Assembly (NCBI RefSeq): GCF_000967915.1
Contig: NC_022549.1
Span: forward strand, 708,366-732,365
Direction: 5' to 3'
DNA length: 24,000 nt
Origin: Acholeplasma brassicae
Lineage (GTDB): Bacteria; Bacillota_I; Bacilli_A; Acholeplasmatales; UBA5453
Position 1 is the stretch's first letter. Each line of letters starts with the position of its first letter. Position numbers and translations under genes: made by a program. Under the pieces are notes generated by a model, which had not been told where the DNA came from, made no database searches, and worked only from the letters and a program-made list of their open reading frames with translations. This document shows, piece by piece, positions 7,605-16,597 of this stretch.

Positions 7605-8099
7605 ATGACAAAAACAATGAAAAATAATCCTATCGAGGTCATCGGAACGGTATTAAACGTTGGCGATAAGGCAAGCGACTTCACCTGTGTTGACCGTAGT
7701 TTAAACAAAGTATCACTTTCTGATTTTAATTCCAAGTACGTATTAATCAACGTCGTACCATCACTTGATACGGGTGTTTGTGACATGCAAACAAGACAAA
7801 TCAACGAAAAATTAGCTGATTTGAAAGACACAACCGTTTTAACAATTTCAAATGACTTACCTTTTGCCCAAGCCAGATGGTGTGGTGCCGCAGGTTTAGA
7901 TAATATCCTCACATTAAGTGATTATCAAACGCTTGATTTTGCGAACAAGTATGGTGTAAACATCGTTGGATTACGTTTACTTGCACGCTCAGTGTTTGTA
8001 TTAAATGAACAAAGAGAAGTCATCTATGTGGAGTATTTAAATGAAATGACGAATCACCCGAATTACAGCCAATTATTTGACTTTATCGAAACCCTATAA
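7605..8099 (+). CDS. tpx: Thiol peroxidase (atypical 2-Cys peroxiredoxin Tpx)
   Basis: Peroxidatic Cys box VVPSLDTGVCDMQ and resolving Cys box AQARWCGAAG. The 164-aa length matches Tpx. The start has no adjacent SD, so the ATG at 7617 is an alternative. Confidence 0.9.
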   Translation: MTKTMKNNPIEVIGTVLNVGDKASDFTCVDRSLNKVSLSDFNSKYVLINVVPSLDTGVCDMQTRQINEKLADLKDTTVLTISNDLPFAQARWCGAAGLDNILTLSDYQTLDFANKYGVNIVGLRLLARSVFVLNEQREVIYVEYLNEMTNHPNYSQLFDFIETL

Positions 8100-8128
8100 C
8101 CAAAAGTTTTCTTTTGGTTTTTTTTTTC
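8098..8128 (+). terminator. Rho-independent terminator of tpx
   Basis: 9-bp stem aaccaaaag (8098-8106) / cttttggtt (8111-8119), loop tttt, and a long T-tract. Confidence 0.88.
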
Positions 8129-8144
8129 ATCACTATGTGAAATA

Positions 8145-8153
8145 TGTTATAAT
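8145..8153 (+). promoter_or_regulatory. Extended -10 promoter element for ftsY-ylxM-ffh
   Basis: TGtTATAAT at 8145-8153, between the tpx terminator and the ftsY SD (AGGAGTGA, 8161-8168). No good -35. Confidence 0.5.
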
Positions 8154-8172
8154 GTATTTTAGGAGTGATTGT

Positions 8173-9138
8173 ATGGGATTGTTTAGCAAATTATTCAAAA
8201 AAAATAAAACGAAAAATGATAAATACAAATTAGGACTACATAAATCAAGAGAAACACTCGGTAATCTAAAGAAATTACTCGAGGAAAAGAAAACGATTGA
8301 TGAAGACTTATTTGATGAACTTGAAGAAATCTTAATTATGGCTGACATTGGGATTGATACCGTCTTGTCATTTATGGCCGATTTAAGAAAAGAAATCGAT
8401 GTGAAGTCAATTAAGGAACCCAAAGAACTTCAAGAGATTATCGTGGATGAAATGTTTAATCTCTACTTACAAGATGAAGTCGTGATTGCCGATTTAGACT
8501 ACAAAGAAAAAGAAGTCAATGTCTATTTATTTGTGGGTGTCAACGGCGTAGGGAAAACAACATCGATTGGCAAGTTAGCTTATCAGTTAAAAAAAGAAGG
8601 TAAAAAAGTGTTAATGGTTGCGGGTGATACCTTTAGAGCAGGGGCCATTGAACAGTTAAATGTTTGGGCAACAAGAGCGGGTGTCGATATCTTTAAAAAA
8701 GAACCGGGATCAGACCCTTCAAGTGTCATTTTTGATGCCATCGTTAAGGCGAAAAAAGAGCACTATGACGTTGTTTTAGCAGATACCGCTGGTAGACTAC
8801 AAAATAAAGTTAATTTGATGAAAGAACTTGAAAAAATGCATCGTGTGATCAAAAAAGAATTACCAGATCAACCAAGCGAAACACTACTTGTCATTGATGC
8901 AACCACCGGTCAAAATGGCTTAAAACAAGCCGAAGTATTTAAAGAAGCTACTGACGTTACTGGTGTCATACTAACCAAACTCGATGGGACTGCCAAAGGT
9001 GGAATCGTTTTAGCGATTCGTCACTTGTTTAAGCTGCCTATCAAGTACATTGGCTTAGGTGAAAAAATTGAGGATCTTGTTTTATTTGATATTGAGGATT
9101 ATATTTACGGATTATTCTCAGATTTCTTTGAGGCGTAA
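8173..9138 (+). CDS. ftsY: Signal recognition particle receptor FtsY
   Basis: SRP-GTPase motifs GVNGVGKTTSIGKLA, DTAGR and TKLDGTAKGG. I chose the ATG at 8173 because AGGAGTGA lies 4 nt upstream. The track start at 8077 lies inside tpx and its terminator. Confidence 0.93.
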   Translation: MGLFSKLFKKNKTKNDKYKLGLHKSRETLGNLKKLLEEKKTIDEDLFDELEEILIMADIGIDTVLSFMADLRKEIDVKSIKEPKELQEIIVDEMFNLYLQDEVVIADLDYKEKEVNVYLFVGVNGVGKTTSIGKLAYQLKKEGKKVLMVAGDTFRAGAIEQLNVWATRAGVDIFKKEPGSDPSSVIFDAIVKAKKEHYDVVLADTAGRLQNKVNLMKELEKMHRVIKKELPDQPSETLLVIDATTGQNGLKQAEVFKEATDVTGVILTKLDGTAKGGIVLAIRHLFKLPIKYIGLGEKIEDLVLFDIEDYIYGLFSDFFEA

Positions 9139-9458
9139 TGATGGACACGCTTGAGAAGAATCAACGATTGAATGCGTTATACTCAATTTATCAAGACCTA
9201 CTCACAGAAAAACAACGATTGTATTTTAACGCTTACTATTTAGATGATTACTCGCTACAAGAAGTAGCAACACTCTTTCAGGTAAGTCGTAATGCAGTAT
9301 TTGATCAATTGAAAAAAACAGAAGAACATCTAGTGAAATTTGAGGATGTCTTAAAATTAAATGAGCAAAAAGAAAAACGCAAAGCATATTTAACGAGTTA
9401 TTTTGAGACGAAAGACACGGATTATTTAATAAAACTAAAAGAAATGGATGAAATTTAA
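9138..9458 (+). CDS. ylxM: YlxM/UPF0122 small helix-turn-helix protein (sigma-70 region-4-like)
   Basis: HTH segment YSLQEVATLFQVSRNAVFDQLKK. Conserved Firmicute position between ftsY and ffh. TAATG overlaps on both sides. Confidence 0.85.
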   Translation: MMDTLEKNQRLNALYSIYQDLLTEKQRLYFNAYYLDDYSLQEVATLFQVSRNAVFDQLKKTEEHLVKFEDVLKLNEQKEKRKAYLTSYFETKDTDYLIKLKEMDEI

Positions 9459-10861
9459 TGGCATTTGATAGTTTAAGTAGTCGCTTACAAATGGCGATGC
9501 GTCGTTTAACCGGTAAAGGTAAACTGACAGAAACAGACATTGATGAGATGATGAGAGAAGTACGTTTGTCACTTCTTGAAGCAGACGTCAATTTAAAAGT
9601 AATTAAAACGTTTATCAATAATGTAAAAGAAAAAGCCGTCGGTCAAAAAATATTGTCTGGACTGAACCCAGGTCAGCAAGTCGTCAAAATTGTATTTGAT
9701 GAACTTAAACGTGTGATGGGTGATGAATCGGTTGGCATTTCCTATAAAATTAACGGCTTAACGGTCATTATGACGGTTGGTCTACAAGGTTCAGGTAAAA
9801 CAACAGCCATTGGTAAAATGGGTGCTTTTATACGTAAAACGGAAAAGAAAAAAGTCATGTTTATTGCGGCTGACATTTACCGCCCTGCGGCCATTGATCA
9901 GTTAAAAACCATCGGTAAGCAACTTGATATATTTGTCTATGATGAAGGTATGAATAAGGCACAAACCATTGTGAAAAATGGTCTTACATACGCCAAAGAA
10001 AATCAATACGACGTGGTCATCATTGACACGGCGGGTAGATTACATATCGATGAGGCGATGATGCAAGAACTTGTCGACGTTAAAGAAATCGCAAAACCAG
10101 ATGAAATCTTATTGACGGTAGATGCGATGACTGGGCAAGTGGCTGCTCAAGTGGCTGAGAGTTTTCATAATCAATTAAACACCACTGGTGCCATTGTAAC
10201 TAAACTTGATGGGGACACTAGGGGTGGTGCGGCGTTATCAATTAGAGAAATTTCACAAATTCCAATCAAATTTGCCTCAAGTGGTGAAAAAATGGATTCA
10301 TTTGAAGCCTTTCATCCGGAACGTATGGCCTCAAGAATTCTTGGCATGGGTGACATGCTGACCTTAATTGAAACAGCCACACAAAACATCGATGAAGACG
10401 AAGCTATGGGCATGATGGAAAAAATGATGTCTGATAATTTCAACTACAATGATTTATTAAAACAGTTTAAAATGATCAAACGAATGGGGTCTATTTCTAA
10501 AATCATGGGATTCATTCCTGGGATGGGAAAATATAAAGACCAGTTAAGTAACGTTGATGACAAACAGTTTGATAAAATGTCGGTGTTAATCCACTCAATG
10601 ACAGAAGAAGAAAGAAAAAATCCGAAACTCGTCGAGTCGTCTTCAAGAAGACGTCAACGCATTAGTAAGGGTTCAGGTATGCAAGTATCCGATTTAAATC
10701 GCTTGATACAAGCATTAGACCAACAAAAGAAACTAGCAAAACAAATGTCAGGCATGTCAGAAAGAGACATGAAGAACATACAACGAAATCCACAAAGCTT
10801 AATGCCTCAACAAAAGGTAAAAAAAGGCAAGGGTAAAAATAAAGGACAATTCCGATTTTAA
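9458..10861 (+). CDS. ffh: Signal recognition particle protein Ffh (SRP54)
   Basis: GLQGSGKTTAIGKM, DTAGR and TKLDGDTRGG motifs. Met-rich M domain and a basic C-terminal tail. Confidence 0.96.
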   Translation: MAFDSLSSRLQMAMRRLTGKGKLTETDIDEMMREVRLSLLEADVNLKVIKTFINNVKEKAVGQKILSGLNPGQQVVKIVFDELKRVMGDESVGISYKINGLTVIMTVGLQGSGKTTAIGKMGAFIRKTEKKKVMFIAADIYRPAAIDQLKTIGKQLDIFVYDEGMNKAQTIVKNGLTYAKENQYDVVIIDTAGRLHIDEAMMQELVDVKEIAKPDEILLTVDAMTGQVAAQVAESFHNQLNTTGAIVTKLDGDTRGGAALSIREISQIPIKFASSGEKMDSFEAFHPERMASRILGMGDMLTLIETATQNIDEDEAMGMMEKMMSDNFNYNDLLKQFKMIKRMGSISKIMGFIPGMGKYKDQLSNVDDKQFDKMSVLIHSMTEEERKNPKLVESSSRRRQRISKGSGMQVSDLNRLIQALDQQKKLAKQMSGMSERDMKNIQRNPQSLMPQQKVKKGKGKNKGQFRF

Positions 10862-10862
10862 T

Positions 10863-10885
10863 AAAGCCTCTAGGGGCTTTTTGTC
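10863..10885 (+). terminator. Probable weak intrinsic terminator after ffh
   Basis: Stem aaagcc (10863-10868) / ggcttt (10875-10880), followed by a short T run (tttttgt). Confidence 0.45.
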
Positions 10886-10969
10886 TTAAAAAAACACAGG
10901 TAATTACAGCCAAAATAAATGAGATTTGTCTCAAATTATGGTAAAATAAACCTAACTTAGGGGGTACTT

Positions 10970-13588
10970 ATGAAACGATTGGTATTAATAGATGGAAACT
11001 CGCTCTTTTTTAGAGCTTATTACGCAACAGCTTACCCTGGTGGTAATCTGATGAAAAACACTAAAGGCGTGTATACAAATGCCGTTTTTGCCTTTGTCAA
11101 TATGATAGAAAAAATACTAGAAAAACCATATTCTCATGCATTGATTGCGTTTGATACACCTAAAAAAACAAAACGACATGAGCAATACGAGGATTACAAG
11201 GCAGGTAGAGCACCAATGCCTGAAGAAATGCAAATGCAGATTCCTTTGATTCATGAATATCTAAGCGCTTTAAATGTGGCTGATTATGCACTTGAAGGGT
11301 ATGAGGCAGATGACATTATTGGTACGTTTTCCGTAATTGCTTCAAAGACGGATTATCAAGTGGATATTTATTCTTCAGACCGAGACTTACTTCAGTTAAT
11401 TGATCATAACGTGACCATTCATTTAATCAAAAAAGGGGTAACCGATATTGAAGCAATGAATCCAACCTCATTTTTAGAGAAATATGGCATCTCACATGAA
11501 TTGATGATTGACTTAAAGGCATTGATGGGTGATGCTTCAGATAACATTCCAGGGGTACCAGGTGTTGGTGAAAAAACAGCAGTTAAGTTATTGCAAACCT
11601 ATGGAACGTTAGATAAGATTTTAGAAAATAAAGAAGACATTAAAGGCAAGTTAGGCGAACGTATAAGAGAAAACGAGGATAAGGCTATTCTTTCAAAGGA
11701 ATTGGCAACCATTGATCTTGATGTACCTCTAACGATTACTTTTGAATCACTTGCCTATCAAAAATACGATTTTGATCGGTTGGTCTCTTTTTACAATGAA
11801 TGTGATTTTCACGCGTTCATCAAAAAATTAGATAAACCAAAAGAAGAACTAAAAGACTTTGATTACAAGCTTATTACGTCACATCAAGACATTAAAAAAA
11901 TATTAAAAACAAACATGGCAGTCCACTTAGAAATTTATGATTTCAATTATCATAAATCGGATTTGGTCGGTTTTTCACTTGCTGATGAGGATAGCACTTA
12001 CTTTATTCCTGTGAATGTCGCATTAGAGTCGATTGATTTTCAAATGTTCTTAAGCGACGATTCAATTGTCAAATACACCTTTGACTCCAAAGCCATGAAA
12101 GTTGCTTTATTATGGAAAGGACTCGATTTAAACGGGGTTTCATTTGACATGCTACTTGCAGCCTATTTGATCAATCAAAAGCTCGCAAAAGACGATTTTA
12201 AAGTGATTTGTATGGCGTTTGATTACGATCAAATCGACTATGATGAACAAATCTACGGCAAAGGTGCTAAAAAACAGCTTCCAGAGGAATCAATCTATCA
12301 AGTTCACGTTGCCAAAAAAGCACGTGCCATCTTTGATCTCAAAGACACCTTATTGAGTGAATTAAAAATCAACGAACAATTCGACCTGTATTCAGAAATC
12401 GAATTACCACTTTCAAGCGTACTTGCTCGTATGGAATATAACGGCATTAGTGTCGATCAAGAGGAACTTAAACATCAAAAAACAGAACTCAAAAAGCGAA
12501 TTGATGTGCTCGAAAAGTCAATTTATGAATCCGTTGGAAAAGAATTTAACATCGCTAGTCCAAAACAACTAGGCGAGGTGTTGTTTGTCGATTTAGGTCT
12601 TGAAACGTCCAAAAAAACCAAAGGTAAAAACTATTCGACGAACATCGATGTGTTAAACCATTTAATGGATAAACACCCGGTGATTCCAATGATTCTTGAA
12701 TATCGTCAATTAACCAAATTATATTCAACCTACATCGAAGGTCTTGAACAATCGGTATTTGAAGACGGAAAAGTCCACACCATTTATGCCCAAGCACTGA
12801 CCGCAACCGGTCGACTTTCGTCATTAGAACCAAACCTACAAAATATACCAGTCAGAACCGCTGAAGGCCGTGAAATTAGAAAATTGTTTGTGGCTAAAGA
12901 GCACAATTATCTACTGGCTGCGGACTATTCTCAAATTGAGTTACGGGTCTTAGCCGCAATGGCAAATGTGAAAAACTTGATTAAAGCATTTAACGAAAAC
13001 AAAGACATCCATGAACAAACAGCGAAAGAAGTGTTTGGTAGCGAAATGGTGAGTGCCGATGAAAGAAGAAAAGCCAAAGCCGTCAACTTTGGAATCATTT
13101 ATGGGATTGGTTCTTGGAGTTTAGCTGAGGATTTATCAGTCACGCCACGAGAAGCTCAAAATTTCATAGATAAATACCTTGAAGTTTACCCTGAAATTAA
13201 AACATACATGGATAACACAATCGAAACCGCGACCGAATTGGGGTATGTAAAGACATTGATGAACAGACGAAGATACATTAGCGAATTATCTAGTCCACTT
13301 TATCAAGTTAGAGAGTTCGGAAAAAGAACCGCCATGAACGCACCGATTCAAGGCAGTGCTGCGGATATCATAAAAATAGCCATGATTAAGCTTCAAAATT
13401 ACCTATTAAAGAATAAAAAGCGTAGTAAACTGTTATTACAGGTGCACGATGAATTAATCTTAGAAGTACCAGAAAAAGAACTCGAAGAGATGAAGCGAGT
13501 CGTACCTGAAATCATGGCCAATGCGGTTGATCTAACGGTTAGTTTAAAGACAAGTTGTGATGTAGGGACTAACTGGTTTGACTTGTAG
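10970..13588 (+). CDS. polA: DNA polymerase I
   Basis: 5' nuclease N-terminus LIDGNSLFFRAYYA. Motif A DYSQIELRVLA, motif B RRKAKAVNFGIIYG and motif C LQVHDELILE. SD GGGGG sits 5 nt upstream. TGgTAAAAT extended -10 at 10939-10947. Confidence 0.96.
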   Translation: MKRLVLIDGNSLFFRAYYATAYPGGNLMKNTKGVYTNAVFAFVNMIEKILEKPYSHALIAFDTPKKTKRHEQYEDYKAGRAPMPEEMQMQIPLIHEYLSALNVADYALEGYEADDIIGTFSVIASKTDYQVDIYSSDRDLLQLIDHNVTIHLIKKGVTDIEAMNPTSFLEKYGISHELMIDLKALMGDASDNIPGVPGVGEKTAVKLLQTYGTLDKILENKEDIKGKLGERIRENEDKAILSKELATIDLDVPLTITFESLAYQKYDFDRLVSFYNECDFHAFIKKLDKPKEELKDFDYKLITSHQDIKKILKTNMAVHLEIYDFNYHKSDLVGFSLADEDSTYFIPVNVALESIDFQMFLSDDSIVKYTFDSKAMKVALLWKGLDLNGVSFDMLLAAYLINQKLAKDDFKVICMAFDYDQIDYDEQIYGKGAKKQLPEESIYQVHVAKKARAIFDLKDTLLSELKINEQFDLYSEIELPLSSVLARMEYNGISVDQEELKHQKTELKKRIDVLEKSIYESVGKEFNIASPKQLGEVLFVDLGLETSKKTKGKNYSTNIDVLNHLMDKHPVIPMILEYRQLTKLYSTYIEGLEQSVFEDGKVHTIYAQALTATGRLSSLEPNLQNIPVRTAEGREIRKLFVAKEHNYLLAADYSQIELRVLAAMANVKNLIKAFNENKDIHEQTAKEVFGSEMVSADERRKAKAVNFGIIYGIGSWSLAEDLSVTPREAQNFIDKYLEVYPEIKTYMDNTIETATELGYVKTLMNRRRYISELSSPLYQVREFGKRTAMNAPIQGSAADIIKIAMIKLQNYLLKNKKRSKLLLQVHDELILEVPEKELEEMKRVVPEIMANAVDLTVSLKTSCDVGTNWFDL

Positions 13589-13650
13589 ATTCTAGATACT
13601 TAAACTCGCATCAATACAATAACTAATGCTTGAAGAAAGGAGCTCTAATC

Positions 13651-14454
13651 ATGCCAGAATTACCAGAAGTCGAAACGGTCAGACGAACCTTAGAAAATTT
13701 TGTGAAAAACAAACGAATTCGTCACGTGGATGTCTTTTACGAAAAAATGATTTCAAATGATGTTCAATCTGTTTTAATTGGAAAAACAATTGAGAAAATC
13801 GATCGATTGGGCAAATACCTAATTTTTAATTTAGGAAGTCATGATTTAATCGTTCATTTAAGAATGGAAGGCCGATTTTTTCTTAAACCATACGACGAAC
13901 CAAGAGATAAACACGAACACGTCATCTTTTATTTAGACGATTTTACAATGCGCTATCATGACACAAGAAAATTTGGTACCTTTGATTTAAGAATAAAAGA
14001 AGATACCTACAAAACACCACCGCTTTCCTTACTGGCGAAAGACCCATTTGAGATAGACGCTAACCTTTTTTACGAACGCATCAAGCGTAAGAACCAAGCA
14101 ATTAAGACCGTCCTTCTAGATCAAAAGATGATTTTAGGTCTAGGCAATATATATGCGGATGAAACACTCTTTAGGAGTAAGATACATCCGGCAAAAAAGG
14201 CATCAACCCTAACCAAAAAACAAACAAAATTAATCATCGAAAACGCGAAAGATATTTTAAGAGAGTCAATTGCTTTGGGTGGAACGACCATAAGAACTTA
14301 TACCTCAAGTCTCGGTGTTACTGGGCGCTTTCAGCATAGTTTAGGAGTTCATCAAAAATTGAATGAACCATGCCCGAACTGTCAAACGTTAATCGAAAAA
14401 CAAGTGATTAATGGAAGAAGCAGTTTTTACTGTAAGACCTGTCAAAAGAGGTGA
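13651..14454 (+). CDS. mutM: Formamidopyrimidine-DNA glycosylase (Fpg/MutM)
   Basis: The catalytic N-terminal Pro requires the MPELPEVE start at ATG 13651, which has SD AAAGGAG at 13636-13642. The track's TTG at 13630 is rejected. C-terminal zinc finger CPNC...CKTC. Confidence 0.93.
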   Translation: MPELPEVETVRRTLENFVKNKRIRHVDVFYEKMISNDVQSVLIGKTIEKIDRLGKYLIFNLGSHDLIVHLRMEGRFFLKPYDEPRDKHEHVIFYLDDFTMRYHDTRKFGTFDLRIKEDTYKTPPLSLLAKDPFEIDANLFYERIKRKNQAIKTVLLDQKMILGLGNIYADETLFRSKIHPAKKASTLTKKQTKLIIENAKDILRESIALGGTTIRTYTSSLGVTGRFQHSLGVHQKLNEPCPNCQTLIEKQVINGRSSFYCKTCQKR

Positions 14455-14458
14455 ACAT

Positions 14459-15046
14459 ATGATTGTATTAGGTTTAACAGGCGGTATCGCCTCTGGGAAG
14501 TCAACCGCAAGTCAGTGGTTTGTTAGTCAAGGCATCCGAGTTTTAGACGCCGATAAAATGAATCATCACCTATTGAACTTTAATCAAGAGGTAATCGATC
14601 AAATTTCGAAATCTTTTTCAAAAGATGTCATAAAAAATGGTAAAATAGATAGAGAAACCCTAGGAAAAATGGTTTTTAATGACCCAAACAAACGTAAACA
14701 GTTAGAGCAAATTGTTCATCCAATCATTAAATCGATGATTAAAGAAGAACTAAGTAGGCATCAAAATGAGCCACTCATTGTATTAGATGTCCCGCTCTTA
14801 TTTGAGACTGACTTTGATCAATTATGCCATCAAACCTTAGTGATATATGTTGATGAAAAAACACAAATCAGTCGTTTGATGACAAGAAATCACTTTTCAA
14901 AAGAAGAAAGTCTAAAACGAATCTCTGCTCAAATGTCTTTAACTGAGAAAGCAAAAAAAGCGACTTATGTCATTTCTAATGAAGGCACAAAAGAAGAAAT
15001 GTATGAACAGCTAAAACAATTATATGAACAACTAATAGGAGTGTAG
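14459..15046 (+). CDS. coaE: Dephospho-CoA kinase
   Basis: MIVLGLTGGIASGKST P-loop at the N-terminus. ATG 14459 has SD AGAGGTGA (14446-14453), which spans the mutM stop. The track start at 14411 lies inside mutM. Confidence 0.9.
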   Translation: MIVLGLTGGIASGKSTASQWFVSQGIRVLDADKMNHHLLNFNQEVIDQISKSFSKDVIKNGKIDRETLGKMVFNDPNKRKQLEQIVHPIIKSMIKEELSRHQNEPLIVLDVPLLFETDFDQLCHQTLVIYVDEKTQISRLMTRNHFSKEESLKRISAQMSLTEKAKKATYVISNEGTKEEMYEQLKQLYEQLIGV

Positions 15047-15050
15047 AATT

Positions 15051-15383
15051 ATGCCAATTTATCGTACCGCAGAAAATGCGAAAGACCCAAAAATCGTTAC
15101 AAGATGGTATCAAAGTGATTACAAAGAAGTAAGTAACGCCGTCTTATCCGTAACGAAACAATTTGGATTTAACCTGCTTCACCAAGACGACCAGTTCGGT
15201 GAATTCATTTTAGAGAAAAAACAAGCAACACTTGATGTTAAAATCATATCGATGAATCGTAGAGAAACAGCGGTTGATTTTACACTAAATGTGGCAAATA
15301 TTTTCGATTTTGGTCGATCTAAGACAATGATTTTTGAGATGTATCAACGTCTCGGAAAAATGTTAACTGAAAAGAAACGATAG
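15051..15383 (+). CDS. Hypothetical 110-aa cytoplasmic protein
   Basis: Clean ORF with SD AGGAGTG (15035-15041). Tightly packed between coaE (4-nt gap) and dnaB (8-nt gap). I recognise no motif, TM segment or signal peptide. Confidence 0.6.
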   Translation: MPIYRTAENAKDPKIVTRWYQSDYKEVSNAVLSVTKQFGFNLLHQDDQFGEFILEKKQATLDVKIISMNRRETAVDFTLNVANIFDFGRSKTMIFEMYQRLGKMLTEKKR

Positions 15384-15391
15384 GTGATTGA

Positions 15392-16597
15392 ATGAAAAAT
15401 GATTGCCTATGGATCATGAAAAACAGTGCAATCTCTGAAGAAGATCAAGCCGTATTAAGTTTGCTTTATCAACCACTCATTGGTACAGAAGCACATGGTC
15501 TTTATTTATTGCTATCTAACTTAACTGATAAGAAAAACCATCAATCGGAAATCGTTAGTTTTTCTTTTTTACTCGACCTTTTAAATATCAAAGAAAAGGC
15601 TTTTTTAAGTGCAAGGCAAAAACTTGAAGCGATTGGTTTGATTAACATCTATCAAAAAAAGGATATCTATTTATTCAAGCTTAATATGCCGCTTAGCCCA
15701 AAACAATTCTTTTTGGATGGCATCTTAGGCAGTTTTCTTCGTTCAGAAATCGGCGATAAAAACTTTAATATGTTGTTCGAGTTATTCTCTGTGCCAGAAG
15801 TAAGCAAAGATGGCTACGAAAATATCACTAAAACCTTTGATGAAGTATTCCAAGTCAATAACTTAGAAGCGTTAACGACAAACAAACATGTGTTTGGAAG
15901 AAAAAACGGAACAGGTGTTGTGATTAAAGACGAGTTTGATTTTGAAGTGCTCTATGAAGCACTACCGATCCGAATTAAGAAAAAACGTCTTTACACGGAA
16001 AAAATCAAGAGTCAAATTGCCTCAATCTTTTACGTTTATGGGTTTAGTATCGAAGAAATGGTGCGTATTCTAAGCGATTCGTACATTGAAGAAAACAAAT
16101 CGATTTTTTACGAAAAAATATCATTGAACGCAAAAATGTATAACGAACAAAAAAATGGGAATCATTCGATTGAAATTGACATGAAAGAACAGAAGTCAAC
16201 AAACCCGCTGGTCCTTTCAAAATTAAAGCCACAAGAGATTATTCGTGCTTATGGATCAAAGCTAACAAATCAATCGTTCGCCTTAGAAACGATAAGAAAT
16301 TTGGTTGAACGTAACGCGGTGGATATCGCAGTGATTAATGCAGTAATCATTGCCGCATTGCGTTCAAAGAATGATTTACCGAGCTTAAACTACTTAGAGA
16401 AGGTATTAAATGACTGGATCAAACGTGGGATTGATAATGAAGAAGCGGCTTATCACTACATTATGGGTGATTCTAGTGGGACTAAACCAAAAACAAACAA
16501 GACAAATTACGCATCTAATCGTGTGGTTAAACACGTACCTGATTGGGTAAATGACTTTATTGATTCGATGGAGACAGGAGAGACAAAGCATGATTAA
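15392..16597 (+). CDS. dnaB: Replication initiation/membrane attachment protein (Firmicute DnaB, DnaD-like domains; not the helicase)
   Basis: N-terminal LSLLYQPLIGTEAHGLYLLL pattern. C-terminal DnaD-like YLEKVLNDWIKRGI motif. Conserved position immediately upstream of dnaI. Confidence 0.8.
   Translation: MKNDCLWIMKNSAISEEDQAVLSLLYQPLIGTEAHGLYLLLSNLTDKKNHQSEIVSFSFLLDLLNIKEKAFLSARQKLEAIGLINIYQKKDIYLFKLNMPLSPKQFFLDGILGSFLRSEIGDKNFNMLFELFSVPEVSKDGYENITKTFDEVFQVNNLEALTTNKHVFGRKNGTGVVIKDEFDFEVLYEALPIRIKKKRLYTEKIKSQIASIFYVYGFSIEEMVRILSDSYIEENKSIFYEKISLNAKMYNEQKNGNHSIEIDMKEQKSTNPLVLSKLKPQEIIRAYGSKLTNQSFALETIRNLVERNAVDIAVINAVIIAALRSKNDLPSLNYLEKVLNDWIKRGIDNEEAAYHYIMGDSSGTKPKTNKTNYASNRVVKHVPDWVNDFIDSMETGETKHD

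Noticed and set aside
8077-8172. Longer N-terminal extensions offered by the ORF track (ftsY 8077, mutM 13630, coaE 14411, dnaI 16551, ABC ATPase 19744, permease 20633, mrp 21984)
   Set aside because: These extensions run through upstream genes, terminators or the SD itself. In every case a downstream ATG or TTG has a properly spaced SD and gives the family-typical N-terminus, for example MPELPEV for Fpg and MIVLGLTGG for CoaE.
11915-12200. The Pol I 3'-5' exonuclease domain lacks the catalytic carboxylates (HLEIYDFNYH where Klenow has DTETD)
   Set aside because: The segment closely matches the naturally exonuclease-deficient domain of Bacillus-type Pol I (Bst/Bsu), so this is normal for the lineage.
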